From positions 1 through 26,965 of the forward strand of contig JBHLNT010000044.1 of the NCBI GenBank assembly GCA_048941265.1: DNA of 26,965 nucleotides, given 5' to 3'. Below, piece by piece: positions 1-9,518 of the stretch; positions within the stretch are counted from its first letter, which is position 1, and every line of letters begins with the position of its first letter. Source of the DNA: Promethearchaeota archaeon (GTDB taxonomy: Archaea > Asgardarchaeota > Lokiarchaeia > Sigyniarchaeales > SOKP01). Both the position numbers and the translations under genes were made by a program. The notes beneath the pieces were generated by a model. The model saw only the letters and a list, made by a program, of their open reading frames with translations. It searched no databases and was not told the DNA's origin.

Positions 1-216
1 TATTTTAAAATAAATCCATAAGATAATTTCAAATATAATCCGTAAATACTGAGTTTGAATTTAGAACTGTTGTTTTAAAATAATCATATAAAAAATATAT
101 CTTTTAAAACACTAGAAAATTATACTATTTTAAATTTTAGAATAAATGGTTTAAAAATATTTATACGAAAATTAAAAAAAATAATTATTTATCATTAACT
201 GAATGAGCAGATATAA

Positions 217-996
217 TTGAATATTGGAGTATTTATAACTGTACGATTAGGATCAACACGATTAGCCAATAAAGCTTTATTAAAAATCAAAGGAAAGCCT
301 ACAATAATTCACCTTATTGAGAGGATAAAACATGCAAAAAATTTAGATAAGATTGTACTATGTACTACGAATAAACCAGAAGATAAAAAGATTATTAAAT
401 TAGCTATAGAGCAAAATATTAGCTATTTTGCAGGTAATGAGAAAGATATCTTAAAACGTCATTTTGATGCTGCGGTTTATCATGATATAGATTTTGTAAT
501 AAATGTTGATGGTGATGATCTCTTTTGTGATCCAGAATATATAGATGAAATAGCTAAAATCGCTCGAGAGGAGAATAATAGTTATGATGTAATACAAACT
601 GAGGGCCTACCATTTGGAGTTAACTCTTTCGGATATAAAGTGCTAGTTTTAAAAAAGATTCTAGAAAGTAAGAACCAGAATGATACAGAGACGGGTTGGG
701 GAGAATTTTTTATAGAAAATAAAAATTTAAAGAAAAAAATTATTTTTGCAAAGGAAAATCATCAATTTAAGGATAAGAATAATGAACCACGAATGTCATT
801 GGATTATAAAGAAGATTTTGAGTTCTTTGAGAGAATTATCAATCAGTTATATAGGGAAGGTGAATATTTTAGTCTAGATGAAATTTTAGAATTCTTAAGA
901 AATAATCCTGAAATTATCAAGATTAGCAAGGATGTAGAAAAAAAATATTGGGAACACTATGAAAATGAAAAAGTATTAAAAAGTAAAGGGGAGTAA
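217..996 (+). CDS. SpsF-like cytidylyltransferase (CTP_transf_3 / NeuA-KdsB superfamily); probable CMP-nonulosonate synthetase
   Basis: N-terminal ITVRLGSTRLANKALL (R-x-x-S-x-R-L-x-x-K motif), GNEKDILKR, VDGDDLFCDP, RMSLDYKEDF. TTG start. Stop overlaps the next start (TAATG). Confidence 0.85.
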   Translation: MNIGVFITVRLGSTRLANKALLKIKGKPTIIHLIERIKHAKNLDKIVLCTTNKPEDKKIIKLAIEQNISYFAGNEKDILKRHFDAAVYHDIDFVINVDGDDLFCDPEYIDEIAKIAREENNSYDVIQTEGLPFGVNSFGYKVLVLKKILESKNQNDTETGWGEFFIENKNLKKKIIFAKENHQFKDKNNEPRMSLDYKEDFEFFERIINQLYREGEYFSLDEILEFLRNNPEIIKISKDVEKKYWEHYENEKVLKSKGE

Positions 997-2006
997 TGAA
1001 TATGAAAATATTGCAAATAGGACTAGGTTCAATGGGTAAAAGGAGGCTTAGGAATCTTAAAAGGTTAAATGAAAATGATATTATTGCTTATGATTTAAGA
1101 GAGGATAGAAGAAAGGAAGTTGAAGAGAAGTTTAAAATAAAAACTTATAATAATTTTGAAAAAGCGTTAAATGAAAAACCAGAAATTTTTATAATTTCTG
1201 TTCCTCCACATGTCCATTTAGAATATCAACTTTATGCTGCGAAGAATAATATCCACTTTTTTACAGAAGCGAGTGTCGTTAGGGCGGGATTAGAGGAGGT
1301 GATTGAAATTTTAAAAGATAAAGATATTATAGGTGCTGCCTCCTCCACTCTTAGGTTTCATCCTGCTATAAAAAGAATTAAGATACTCGTTGATAATAAT
1401 GAAATCGGTAAGTTATGTACATTTACTTATCATTCTGGACAATATTTGCCTGATTGGCACCCGTGGGAGAAAGTTGATGATTTCTATGTCTCTAGAAAAG
1501 AGACCGGAGGTGGTAGAGAAATTGTTCCTTTTGAGTTGAGTTGGTTAACATGGATTTTTGGAGATATAGTTAGTGTAACTAGTCTTATTAGTAATACTTT
1601 AGATTTGGGAGAAGGTATAGATGATGTATTTCATGTATTATTAACTTTCAAATCTGGATTAAATGCTCATTTATTAGTTGATGTCGTTTCGAGATATGCA
1701 TATCGTCATTTTAAATTACTCGGTGCTAATGGTGTTATAGAATGGGATTGGAATGCTAAGCAGGTAGGCGTATATGATCCCAAAATTGAAAAATGGAAAT
1801 TTTATAAAGAGGATTCAGGATCAGCACAAGAAGGATATAATCCTAATATAATAGAAGAAATGTATGTTGATGAATTAAAACATTTTCTTAATACCGTTCG
1901 AAAAAAAGAAGAACTTTCTTACACCTTAGAAGATGACTACAAAATTTTGAATATCCTCAATAAAATAGAAGAAAGTCATTTAAAAAAAATGAAAGTAGAT
2001 TTGTAA
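996..2006 (+). CDS. Gfo/Idh/MocA family NAD(P)-dependent oxidoreductase
   Basis: Rossmann IGLGSMGKRR, SVPPHVH, LRFHP, GQYLPDWHPWE, GGG..ELSWLTWIFG. The ATG at 1002 is an alternative start, better spaced from GGGGAG at 988-993. Confidence 0.85.
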   Translation: MNMKILQIGLGSMGKRRLRNLKRLNENDIIAYDLREDRRKEVEEKFKIKTYNNFEKALNEKPEIFIISVPPHVHLEYQLYAAKNNIHFFTEASVVRAGLEEVIEILKDKDIIGAASSTLRFHPAIKRIKILVDNNEIGKLCTFTYHSGQYLPDWHPWEKVDDFYVSRKETGGGREIVPFELSWLTWIFGDIVSVTSLISNTLDLGEGIDDVFHVLLTFKSGLNAHLLVDVVSRYAYRHFKLLGANGVIEWDWNAKQVGVYDPKIEKWKFYKEDSGSAQEGYNPNIIEEMYVDELKHFLNTVRKKEELSYTLEDDYKILNILNKIEESHLKKMKVDL

Positions 2007-2028
2007 TTAAAAATTAAGTTATAAGATT

Positions 2029-3339
2029 ATGGATTGTCGAAAAGGAATAGATTTATGGAATAAAGCAAAAAAATTAATTCCAGGTGGATCTCAATTATTA
2101 AGCAAAAGGTCTGAAATGTTTTTACCAGACCAATGGCCCTCATATTATAAGAAAGCACAAGGCGTTGAGATATGGGACTTAGATGGTAACAAATTTATTG
2201 ATATGACAATCATGGGTGTAGCTGCATGTATTCTTGGTTATGCTGACCCAGATGTGGATACAGCGGTCATAAATGCAATTAAAAATGGTTCTATGTCAAC
2301 CCTTAATTGTCCTGAGGAAATAGAACTGGCAGAACTCTTAATTAAACTTCATCCATGGGCAGATGCAGTAAGATATGCTAGAACAGGGGGTGAAATAATG
2401 GTTATTGCTATTAGAATCGCAAGAGCATATACTAAAAAAGACATAATTGCTTTTTGTGGATATCACGGTTGGCATGATTGGTATTTATCAAGTAATTTAG
2501 CGGATAATGCTAATTTAGATGGCCATTTATTACCAGGGTTGGATCCAAATGGTGTCCCAAGAGCTTTGCTTAAAACAGCTTTACCCTTTGAATATAATAA
2601 AATAGAGCAGTTGGAAGAATTAGTAAAAAAAAATGAAATAGGAGTAATCGTTGTAGAACCTTTTAGACATCAAGAGCCAAAGGATAGATTTCTCGAAAGG
2701 ATTAGAGAAATCTCTAATGATATTGGTGCCGTCTTAATTTTTGATGAAATCACGTCTGGCTGGAGATCAAATGTAGGTGGTATACATTTAAAATATAATG
2801 TTGAACCCGATATTATGGTTGTGGCAAAAGCAATGAGTAATGGTTACCCTATGGCCGCGGTTGTAGGAAAGGAAAACATTATGGATGCAGCTCAAACGAG
2901 TTTTATAAGTAGTACTTATTGGACTGAAAGGATTGGACCTAATGCAGCACTTGCTACTATTAGGAAGATGCAAAAGGAAAATGTTCCATCTCATTTATAC
3001 AATATTGGTGATATGATTGGTAAAGGATGGCAAAAGCTAGCAGAAAAACATTCACTTGAGATTGAAATTTTACCTCCTAAACCAATGATTACAATTTCAT
3101 TTAAATATGAAAATGCATTAGAAATTAAAACGATTTTTACACAGGAAATGTTAAAAAGAGGATATTTAGCAGGTCCAACCGTATGCGTAAGCTATAGTCA
3201 TACAAAAGAAATCGTTAACGAATATCTTCAAGCCGTAGACGATGTTTTTAAAATAATTTCTCAAGGTATAACTAATAATAAAATTTCTGAACTATTAGAG
3301 GGACCTGTATGCCATAGTGGCTTTCAAAGACTGACTTAG
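2029..3339 (+). CDS. Class III PLP-dependent aminotransferase (glutamate-1-semialdehyde aminomutase-like, sugar-cluster type)
   Basis: IPGGSQLLSKR, WDLDGNKFID, ARTGGE, GYHGWHDW, IFDEITSGWR, AKAMSNGYP (PLP lysine). Confidence 0.88.
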   Translation: MDCRKGIDLWNKAKKLIPGGSQLLSKRSEMFLPDQWPSYYKKAQGVEIWDLDGNKFIDMTIMGVAACILGYADPDVDTAVINAIKNGSMSTLNCPEEIELAELLIKLHPWADAVRYARTGGEIMVIAIRIARAYTKKDIIAFCGYHGWHDWYLSSNLADNANLDGHLLPGLDPNGVPRALLKTALPFEYNKIEQLEELVKKNEIGVIVVEPFRHQEPKDRFLERIREISNDIGAVLIFDEITSGWRSNVGGIHLKYNVEPDIMVVAKAMSNGYPMAAVVGKENIMDAAQTSFISSTYWTERIGPNAALATIRKMQKENVPSHLYNIGDMIGKGWQKLAEKHSLEIEILPPKPMITISFKYENALEIKTIFTQEMLKRGYLAGPTVCVSYSHTKEIVNEYLQAVDDVFKIISQGITNNKISELLEGPVCHSGFQRLT

Positions 3340-3358
3340 TTATTTGAGGTATAAGATT

Positions 3359-4333
3359 ATGGAGAATTTTAAAAATAAAGAGATTCTATTAATCGGAGCA
3401 GGTCCGATGGCCGTAAGTCATGCCCAAGTATTAAAAGGGATGAACCTTAGTTTTAAAGTTGTTGGGAGGGGGGAGGAATCAGCTAAATTATTTTATGATC
3501 AAACTAATATCAATGTTATTAAAGGAGGAATTGAAAACTGGTTATCAGAAAATGAAGATTATCCTGAATATGCTATTGTAGCCGCAACCGGAACTCAACT
3601 AGGGAAAGTAACTCGTATACTTATTGAACACGGGATAAATAAGATATTATTAGAAAAGCCTGGAGGTTTAGATTATGATGATATAAGATCAGTTTCAGAA
3701 ATAGGCAAAAAATACAATGCAAATGTCCTCCTTGGCTATAATCGTCGTTTTTATTCGTCCGTTATCAAAGCTAAAGAAATTATATTGGATGATGGGGGAG
3801 TTACTTCTTTCTTTTTTGAATTTACAGAATGGCCTCATACTATTGTGCCTCTTAAAAAAGATATAGAAGAGAAAAAAAGATGGGTTTTACATAATTCTTC
3901 ACATGTTATTGATTTAGCTTTTTATTTGGGAGGAGAGCCCAAGGAAATTATCTCCTATGTAAAAGGTGGATTTAACTGGCATCCCGATGGAACTATTTTT
4001 ACTGGAGCTGGAGTTTCAAGAAATGGTGCATTATTTTCTTACCATTCAAATTGGGATGCTCCAGGAAGGTGGGGGATTGAGATTCTTACTCAAAAGCATA
4101 GATTATTTTTCCGTCCTTTAGAGAAGCTACACATCCAAGAATTAAAAAGTGTAGCAATTAATGAAGTAAAAATTGAATATGAATTAGACTTTAAATATAA
4201 ACCGGGATTATATCGGCAATTAAAAGCATTTTTAGAAGATGATTCGAGTAATTTTATCAATATTCATCAACAGGCATCTAGACTCGATATAATTGAAACC
4301 ATCAGTAGAGGAGGCAGTTTAATTAAAAATTAA
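3359..4333 (+). CDS. Gfo/Idh/MocA family oxidoreductase
   Basis: LLIGAGPMA, LLEKPGG, GYNRRFY, NSSHVIDLAF. Start placed at ATG 3359 (GAGGT at 3346-3350) rather than TTG 3344. Confidence 0.85.
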   Translation: MENFKNKEILLIGAGPMAVSHAQVLKGMNLSFKVVGRGEESAKLFYDQTNINVIKGGIENWLSENEDYPEYAIVAATGTQLGKVTRILIEHGINKILLEKPGGLDYDDIRSVSEIGKKYNANVLLGYNRRFYSSVIKAKEIILDDGGVTSFFFEFTEWPHTIVPLKKDIEEKKRWVLHNSSHVIDLAFYLGGEPKEIISYVKGGFNWHPDGTIFTGAGVSRNGALFSYHSNWDAPGRWGIEILTQKHRLFFRPLEKLHIQELKSVAINEVKIEYELDFKYKPGLYRQLKAFLEDDSSNFINIHQQASRLDIIETISRGGSLIKN

Positions 4334-4370
4334 CTTTATATCTAATCATAATAATAAATTGTTATTTATT

Positions 4371-4574
4371 AATTAAAACATAGATCAATTAAAATTAGAT
4401 TTAAGTCAAAAAAATTATATTTCTGAAGTTAACTTAAATAATAAGGGTTTATTTATAATACTGAAAAATATGGATTTTTACTCCGATCTAATCTCTGTAT
4501 TTTCTAAATATAAAATTTTAAGGATAGGTGAGCAAGAGGATATTCTTGAAGATGTTTTTCTTAAAATATATTAA
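4371..4574 (+). pseudogene. C-terminal remnant of the ABC ATPase at 16537-17454
   Basis: 4383-4574 translates DQLKLDLSQKNYISEVNLNNKGLFIILKNMDFYSDLISVFSKYKILRIGEQEDILEDVFLKIY*, 52/63 identical to the ATPase C-terminus by hand alignment. In-frame TAA at 4374 replaces GAA. No Walker motifs. Confidence 0.92.
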
Positions 4575-4923
4575 ATCTACACAAATTAAAGATTCGATCT
4601 TTTGAAATAAATTTATTATGAATAACATTGCCATTATTGGAGCAGGAAATATAGGTAGTCGCCATTTACAAGCAATCAAAAGAGTTAATTTACCTTTAAA
4701 TATTACGGTTATTGATTCTAACCCTGACTCCTTAGAAATTGCAGAACAAAGATTCAACTCTATGAATTCTGGCCATTTTAATCATAAAGTAAAATATTTA
4801 AGAAATACATTAAATATTGATGAAGAATATGAGATTGTAATTATAGCCACAAATGCTAATGCCAGAAGAGAAATAATTGAACAATTATTAGAGAAATCTA
4901 GTATAAAATACCTAATTCTTGAA
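4371..4923 (+). repeat. Copy A of a ~550-bp diverged inverted duplication (partner 16183-16740)
   Basis: Colinear with the reverse complement of 16183-16740 across the ATPase 3' end, the spacer and the oxidoreductase 5' end. Confidence 0.92.
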
Positions 4924-5595
4924 AAAATATTATTTCAAAAATCAGAAGATTATTATGCGATAAAAAGTCATTTAGAAGAGAATAAAATTAAGGCATGGGT
5001 TAATTGTACAAGGAGGATTATCCCATTTTATAGTAATTATGTTAAAAATAAGTTTAATGGAAAGCAATTAATCTATTTTGTTTCCGGAAGTAATTGGGGA
5101 TTAATTTCAAATATCATCCATTATATTGATTATGTAGCATATTTATTAGATTGCGATGATTTTGTGGTTGACCTGAGTCATTTACACCCTAATTTAATTG
5201 AAAGTATAAGGGTGGGATTTTTGGAGCTTAATGGAACCATTAATTTATTTTTTAATGATGGCAGTATATGTGTAATTAATTGCTATCCCTCGGGTAACCA
5301 GCCTATGATAGTTGATATTGCTTCCGATGAGATAAGATGCATTATTAATGAAACTGAAGGGAAAGCTTGGGTGACAGAAAGTACTGAAAATTCGAGATGG
5401 GAGGAGCATGAAGCCAAATTACTTTATACTAGCCAAGTTACCACATATTTAGTTGAGGATATTTTAAATACAAATAATTGTCAATTGACTCCATTTAATG
5501 AATCAATGAAATTACATTTATTATTTTTTGAACCCTTATTAGACTTCTTAAATAAAAATTCAAATAAACAATTTTCTTATTATCCTTTTACTTAA
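4618..5595 (+). CDS. Gfo/Idh/MocA family oxidoreductase
   Basis: IAIIGAGNIGSRHLQA, IIATNANARR, LILEKILFQ, WVNCTRR, NWGLISNIIHYID. Confidence 0.85.
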   Translation: MNNIAIIGAGNIGSRHLQAIKRVNLPLNITVIDSNPDSLEIAEQRFNSMNSGHFNHKVKYLRNTLNIDEEYEIVIIATNANARREIIEQLLEKSSIKYLILEKILFQKSEDYYAIKSHLEENKIKAWVNCTRRIIPFYSNYVKNKFNGKQLIYFVSGSNWGLISNIIHYIDYVAYLLDCDDFVVDLSHLHPNLIESIRVGFLELNGTINLFFNDGSICVINCYPSGNQPMIVDIASDEIRCIINETEGKAWVTESTENSRWEEHEAKLLYTSQVTTYLVEDILNTNNCQLTPFNESMKLHLLFFEPLLDFLNKNSNKQFSYYPFT

Positions 5596-5674
5596 TCAGA
5601 TATAAGAAATAACCTTACAATTAGATTAATTAATTTATTAAATTTAATTTAAGATTTTACTTGAAAAATTAAAT

Positions 5675-6874
5675 TTATTCCTTATAACTCTTTTTGTTAA
5701 TTAAAAGTTTAATCAAATCAGCAGCCCTTTTACCACTTTGACCATCAATAGAAAAAAACATTTTATTAAAATATTTTTCTCGTTGTTTTAAAAATTGTTG
5801 CCAATATTCATCTGAGAGAGCAATCTCAATTTTCTTAGGAATTTCTTTTTTATTTATAGCTTTTAAATTTACTTCTTCCCGGAAATAATCATTGAAGGGA
5901 ATTAAATTATTTGGATTGACTATAATTATTGGTAATCCCATGGCTACTGCTTCTAGAGAACTGAATGAATTTACTGATAATTGAATATCAGATAATTTAA
6001 ATAGGTCATATAAATTGGCAACTTTTACAACTTCAATGTTTGAAAATTTATTTCTATTAAAAACTTCTACATATTTCGACATTTCATCTCTTGGATGGAG
6101 TTTTATATAAAATTTAAAATCTGGTTTGGATTCGATGGCTTTAAGATATATTTCATTAACCATATTAAATAACTCTCTTCCAAATAATTCATCGATAATT
6201 TCTGTACAAATAATAATATTTTTCTTAATTGTCCTCTTAGAAGAAAATTGTTTGAACAAATTATCAAAAGCGGGATTACCAATGAAAAACATATTTTTTC
6301 TTTTTGGATTTAAACTGAAGTACTTGCTCCATAAAAGCAAATAAGAACTCTCATCTTCATTTCCAAATAAATTTTGTCTAGTGGAATATGGCATTCTAAA
6401 AATTTTATTATAAACTATATATTTAAAGAGATGTTTGAATCCAAGTGGTTTCGAGAAAATCGAATCAATAAATGCGGGTTGTATAATAATAAAAGGTATA
6501 TTTTTCTTTTTACACCAAGAAATTATTATTTTATTACTTAATGTCCTATCTGAACAACTTATAACTGCTTCGGGTTTGATCTTATTAAGATAAGTATAAA
6601 TCATTTTGATATATTCTCTAATTACTCTGAATTTGTTCCATATTCTTTTCACTGTTAAATCTATTGGTTTTAATTCAATATAGATATCAAAAAATTTTAA
6701 AATGTTTTCTTTATTCAAATGGAGTTTATTAAATTCATCAACCTCTTTAGCTACTCCATCATTTGGGTTAAAGTAAATTTTTCTAAATTCTTTTAAATAA
6801 GGTGTAATAGCAAAGAATTCGGGATTGGATAAGTAAGCATATGTAGATATAAAAATAATATTATTTTTTGACAT
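5675..6874 (-). CDS. GT-B fold protein (CDP-glycerol glycerophosphotransferase / sialyltransferase-like); candidate nonulosonate transferase
   Basis: IGNPAFD, YIKLHPRD (HP motif), SDIQLSVNSFSSLEAVAMGLPII, DGQSGKRAADLI. Last gene of the dehydratase-aminotransferase run. Confidence 0.6.
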   Translation of the reverse strand: MSKNNIIFISTYAYLSNPEFFAITPYLKEFRKIYFNPNDGVAKEVDEFNKLHLNKENILKFFDIYIELKPIDLTVKRIWNKFRVIREYIKMIYTYLNKIKPEAVISCSDRTLSNKIIISWCKKKNIPFIIIQPAFIDSIFSKPLGFKHLFKYIVYNKIFRMPYSTRQNLFGNEDESSYLLLWSKYFSLNPKRKNMFFIGNPAFDNLFKQFSSKRTIKKNIIICTEIIDELFGRELFNMVNEIYLKAIESKPDFKFYIKLHPRDEMSKYVEVFNRNKFSNIEVVKVANLYDLFKLSDIQLSVNSFSSLEAVAMGLPIIIVNPNNLIPFNDYFREEVNLKAINKKEIPKKIEIALSDEYWQQFLKQREKYFNKMFFSIDGQSGKRAADLIKLLINKKSYKE

Positions 6875-6908
6875 GATTAATGGAGTAATTATTTAAAATA
6901 ATAAAATA

Positions 6909-8045
6909 TTAGGATAAAAATTCCTTAATAGAATTTATAATTGTATCTTGATCTGATTCATTAAAATTTAATGAAAACGGTAGTGTAAGAATTTTTTCAG
7001 AGATTTCTTCTGTAATTGGTAAATCTCCATCCTTATATCCATATTTTCTTTTGTAGTAGGATTTTAAATGAATTGGATAAAAGTAGACTTTTGTAAAAAT
7101 ACCTTTTTTTAAAAGATATTCTTGAAGATTTTGTCGATTTTCAGGTTTTTTTAAAAAAATACTATATAGTTGATATACAGTTCTAAATCCATCTAATTCA
7201 GGTAAAATTTGAACTTCTGAAACTCGCTTAAAATTGGCATCATAATATTTTCCTACTTTTCTCCTTAATTCAATTATTTTTTCAATTTTATTCAATTGAG
7301 AGATTCCTAGAGCAGCACAAATTGTAGGGATTCGATAATTATATCCCACTTCTATATAATCCATGTCATAAATCGAAGAGAAATAATTAACTCCTGGTTG
7401 TTCTACTCTGCCATGCGACCTAATTAATTGGAGTTTTGTATAAATATCTTCATCATTTGTACATATAGCACCACCTTCACCTGTCGTAATAATTTTATTT
7501 TGGCAAAAACTTAACATACCTGCGTGTCCTATTGTTCCAGCGAACTTTTCACCTATTTTTGCTCCAAAACTCTCGGCATTATCTTCTATTAAAATAAGAT
7601 TATTATCATCAGCAATTTCCTTTAATTCTTCAATATTTTTACACACTTTCCCCCCATAATGCATTGGAATAATTGCTTTTGTATTATTTGTTATTTTATT
7701 AGTAACATCTTCAGGATCTAAACCTAAGGTTTCTTCTTCAATTTCAGCAAACACGGGTTTGGCATTTGCTAAAATAACACAATTAGCCGTTGATATAAAA
7801 GACATTGATGGGACAATAACTTCTCCTTCTGTTATCCCAAATGCTAATAAAATAGCATGTAGGGCTGAAGTTCCAGAATTGAAAACAGCAACATAGTCAA
7901 CATTTAAATAATGTGCTAAATTCTCTTCAAATTCTTTAATCTCTGGTCCTGCAGCCCAATAAGATCCTCTCGTAATGACTTTTGTAATTTCCTTAATATC
8001 GTCATTATCCCAATAAATATCGAATAGTGGATAAAAGTCTCGCAT
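6909..8045 (-). CDS. DegT/DnrJ/EryC1/StrS sugar 4-aminotransferase (LegC/PglE/PerA-like)
   Basis: FNSGTSALH, VPSMSFISTAN, IEDNAESFGA, SFCQNKIITTGEGGA (PLP lysine), GYNYR. Confidence 0.93.
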   Translation of the reverse strand: MRDFYPLFDIYWDNDDIKEITKVITRGSYWAAGPEIKEFEENLAHYLNVDYVAVFNSGTSALHAILLAFGITEGEVIVPSMSFISTANCVILANAKPVFAEIEEETLGLDPEDVTNKITNNTKAIIPMHYGGKVCKNIEELKEIADDNNLILIEDNAESFGAKIGEKFAGTIGHAGMLSFCQNKIITTGEGGAICTNDEDIYTKLQLIRSHGRVEQPGVNYFSSIYDMDYIEVGYNYRIPTICAALGISQLNKIEKIIELRRKVGKYYDANFKRVSEVQILPELDGFRTVYQLYSIFLKKPENRQNLQEYLLKKGIFTKVYFYPIHLKSYYKRKYGYKDGDLPITEEISEKILTLPFSLNFNESDQDTIINSIKEFLS

Positions 8046-8064
8046 CTAAATTCAATTTATTTTA

Positions 8065-9114
8065 TTATATTAGATTAATCTCTTTTAGAAGCTTTTTTAT
8101 TTGATCTTTAGTTAATGTATTAACATTTTCTGTACTATAGTGAAAATTTTTTTCGTCAATTAGTACTTCAGATCCATTTAAACTCATACTGTAAACTTCA
8201 ACTGTTTGATCAAAATTAATTAAGGGGTATATGCAATACATGTCATCAATTTCTTTGCATACGGAAAATTCTATAGGAGAAATCAATTCTTCATGAAATT
8301 TTTCGCCAGGGCGCACGCCAATAGTTTCAATTTTAATTAATGAGGGTTCTTTTCCTATCTTTGGGGCATATTCTTCAATCATTACTTCAATTAGGTCTTT
8401 AATAAGAATCACGGGCATTTTTAAGACAAATATTTCTCCTCCTTTGGCAAGTAACGCGGCCTTCAAGACCAATTTTACTGCCTGTGATAACGAGAGAAAA
8501 AAGCGCCTCATTTTTTCATCAGTTAAGGTCACGTTATTTCCATTTCGAATCTGATTTTTAATTAATGGTATTATTGAACCTCGAGATCCTAAGACATTTC
8601 CAAAGCGAACGCATGATATAATTGTTGAATGTTCACCTTTAGCTAACTCCCTTGAAACACATAATCTCTCACCTAGCATTTTTGTTGCTCCCATTACCGT
8701 AGTGGGATTAACTGCTTTATCGCTAGAAATATGAATCAATTTATCTACCCCACATGAGATGGATGCTTCAACAATATTTTCCAACCCGTGAATATTTACG
8801 TTTATAGCTTCCATAGGATTATACTCACTTATGGGTACATGTTTTATAGCAGCAGTATTAAAAACAAAATTCACATCCTCAGTAGCACGTTCTAATCTTT
8901 CATAATTCCTTATATCACCTAATAAATATCTCAGTTTATCATCATATTTCTGAAATCTTAGTTTTGTCTTCCATAGTTCATCCTCAGAATTAGAAAGAAT
9001 TCTTATTGTTTTTGGATTATAATTTAGAAGTTGTGATACAATTTCAGATCCAATAGAACCAGTACCACCAAGAATAAGAAATATTTTATCTTGAAATAAT
9101 TCTAAAAAATTCAA
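8065..9114 (-). CDS. NDP-GlcNAc 4,6-dehydratase (Polysacc_synt_2; CapD/PglF/CapE type)
   Basis: GGTGSIGSE, GDIRN, AAIKHVP..EYNPMEA, SSDKAVNPTTVMGATK (M-x-x-x-K instead of Y-x-x-x-K), RFGNVLGSRGS, RPGEKFHEEL. TTG start. Confidence 0.92.
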   Translation of the reverse strand: MNFLELFQDKIFLILGGTGSIGSEIVSQLLNYNPKTIRILSNSEDELWKTKLRFQKYDDKLRYLLGDIRNYERLERATEDVNFVFNTAAIKHVPISEYNPMEAINVNIHGLENIVEASISCGVDKLIHISSDKAVNPTTVMGATKMLGERLCVSRELAKGEHSTIISCVRFGNVLGSRGSIIPLIKNQIRNGNNVTLTDEKMRRFFLSLSQAVKLVLKAALLAKGGEIFVLKMPVILIKDLIEVMIEEYAPKIGKEPSLIKIETIGVRPGEKFHEELISPIEFSVCKEIDDMYCIYPLINFDQTVEVYSMSLNGSEVLIDEKNFHYSTENVNTLTKDQIKKLLKEINLI

Positions 9115-9270
9115 TAAATATTCACATCGATAGTTTTTTCTCTGTTATGGGTAAAATAATTATAATTAAGATAAATAAATTAGTTTTATTAAAAAAAATA
9201 TGGTTCAAAAAAGTACTTCAAGATTTATATTATAATATTGAAGATCTAAGGAAATGAATAAATTTGTATT

Positions 9271-9462
9271 GTTGAAATTCAATTTATCATCTTATCTTTC
9301 GATAAGGTTTCAGTTTGCAGATCTGCAAATTATATCATAAAATTCTCTTTTTATTGCTCTAATAAAACTTATAAAATCCTTTAGCAATCTTAGAGGTAAT
9401 TTATCAGTTTAATCATAGGTAATTTCAAGAGCTTCTTCTCGCATCATTGAAGATTCTATTCT
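9271..9462 (-). pseudogene. Decayed C-terminus of a second N-acetyl sugar amidotransferase
   Basis: One minus-strand frame reads RIESSMMREEALEITYD*TDKLPLRLLKDFISFIRAIKREFYDIICRSAN*NLIER*DDKLNF. This aligns with IRDGEMTRQHAIRLVNEEDWKLDKKMLADFCLGLGITEEHFWEVCEKFANRELIEKRNGVWRL of the adjacent intact gene. Three in-frame stops. Confidence 0.72.
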
Positions 9463-9518
9463 TAATATCAAATTCAAAAGTAAATAGAAAAGATTTTTAA
9501 ACTAATTCTTATTTTTTT

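Noticed and set aside
1-216. Archaeal BRE/TATA promoter upstream of the first gene
   Set aside because: Many TATA-like strings in extremely AT-rich DNA; no single one can be supported.
2029-3339. Calling this gene hemL (tetrapyrrole synthesis)
   Set aside because: Same fold, but the context is purely sugar biosynthesis and the GSQLLSKR/GYHGWHDW motifs fit the glycan-cluster subfamily.
8065-9114. Calling this gene pseB
   Set aside because: It has MGATK rather than the YGATK of inverting PseB/FlaA1; no PseG was seen and NeuC is present.
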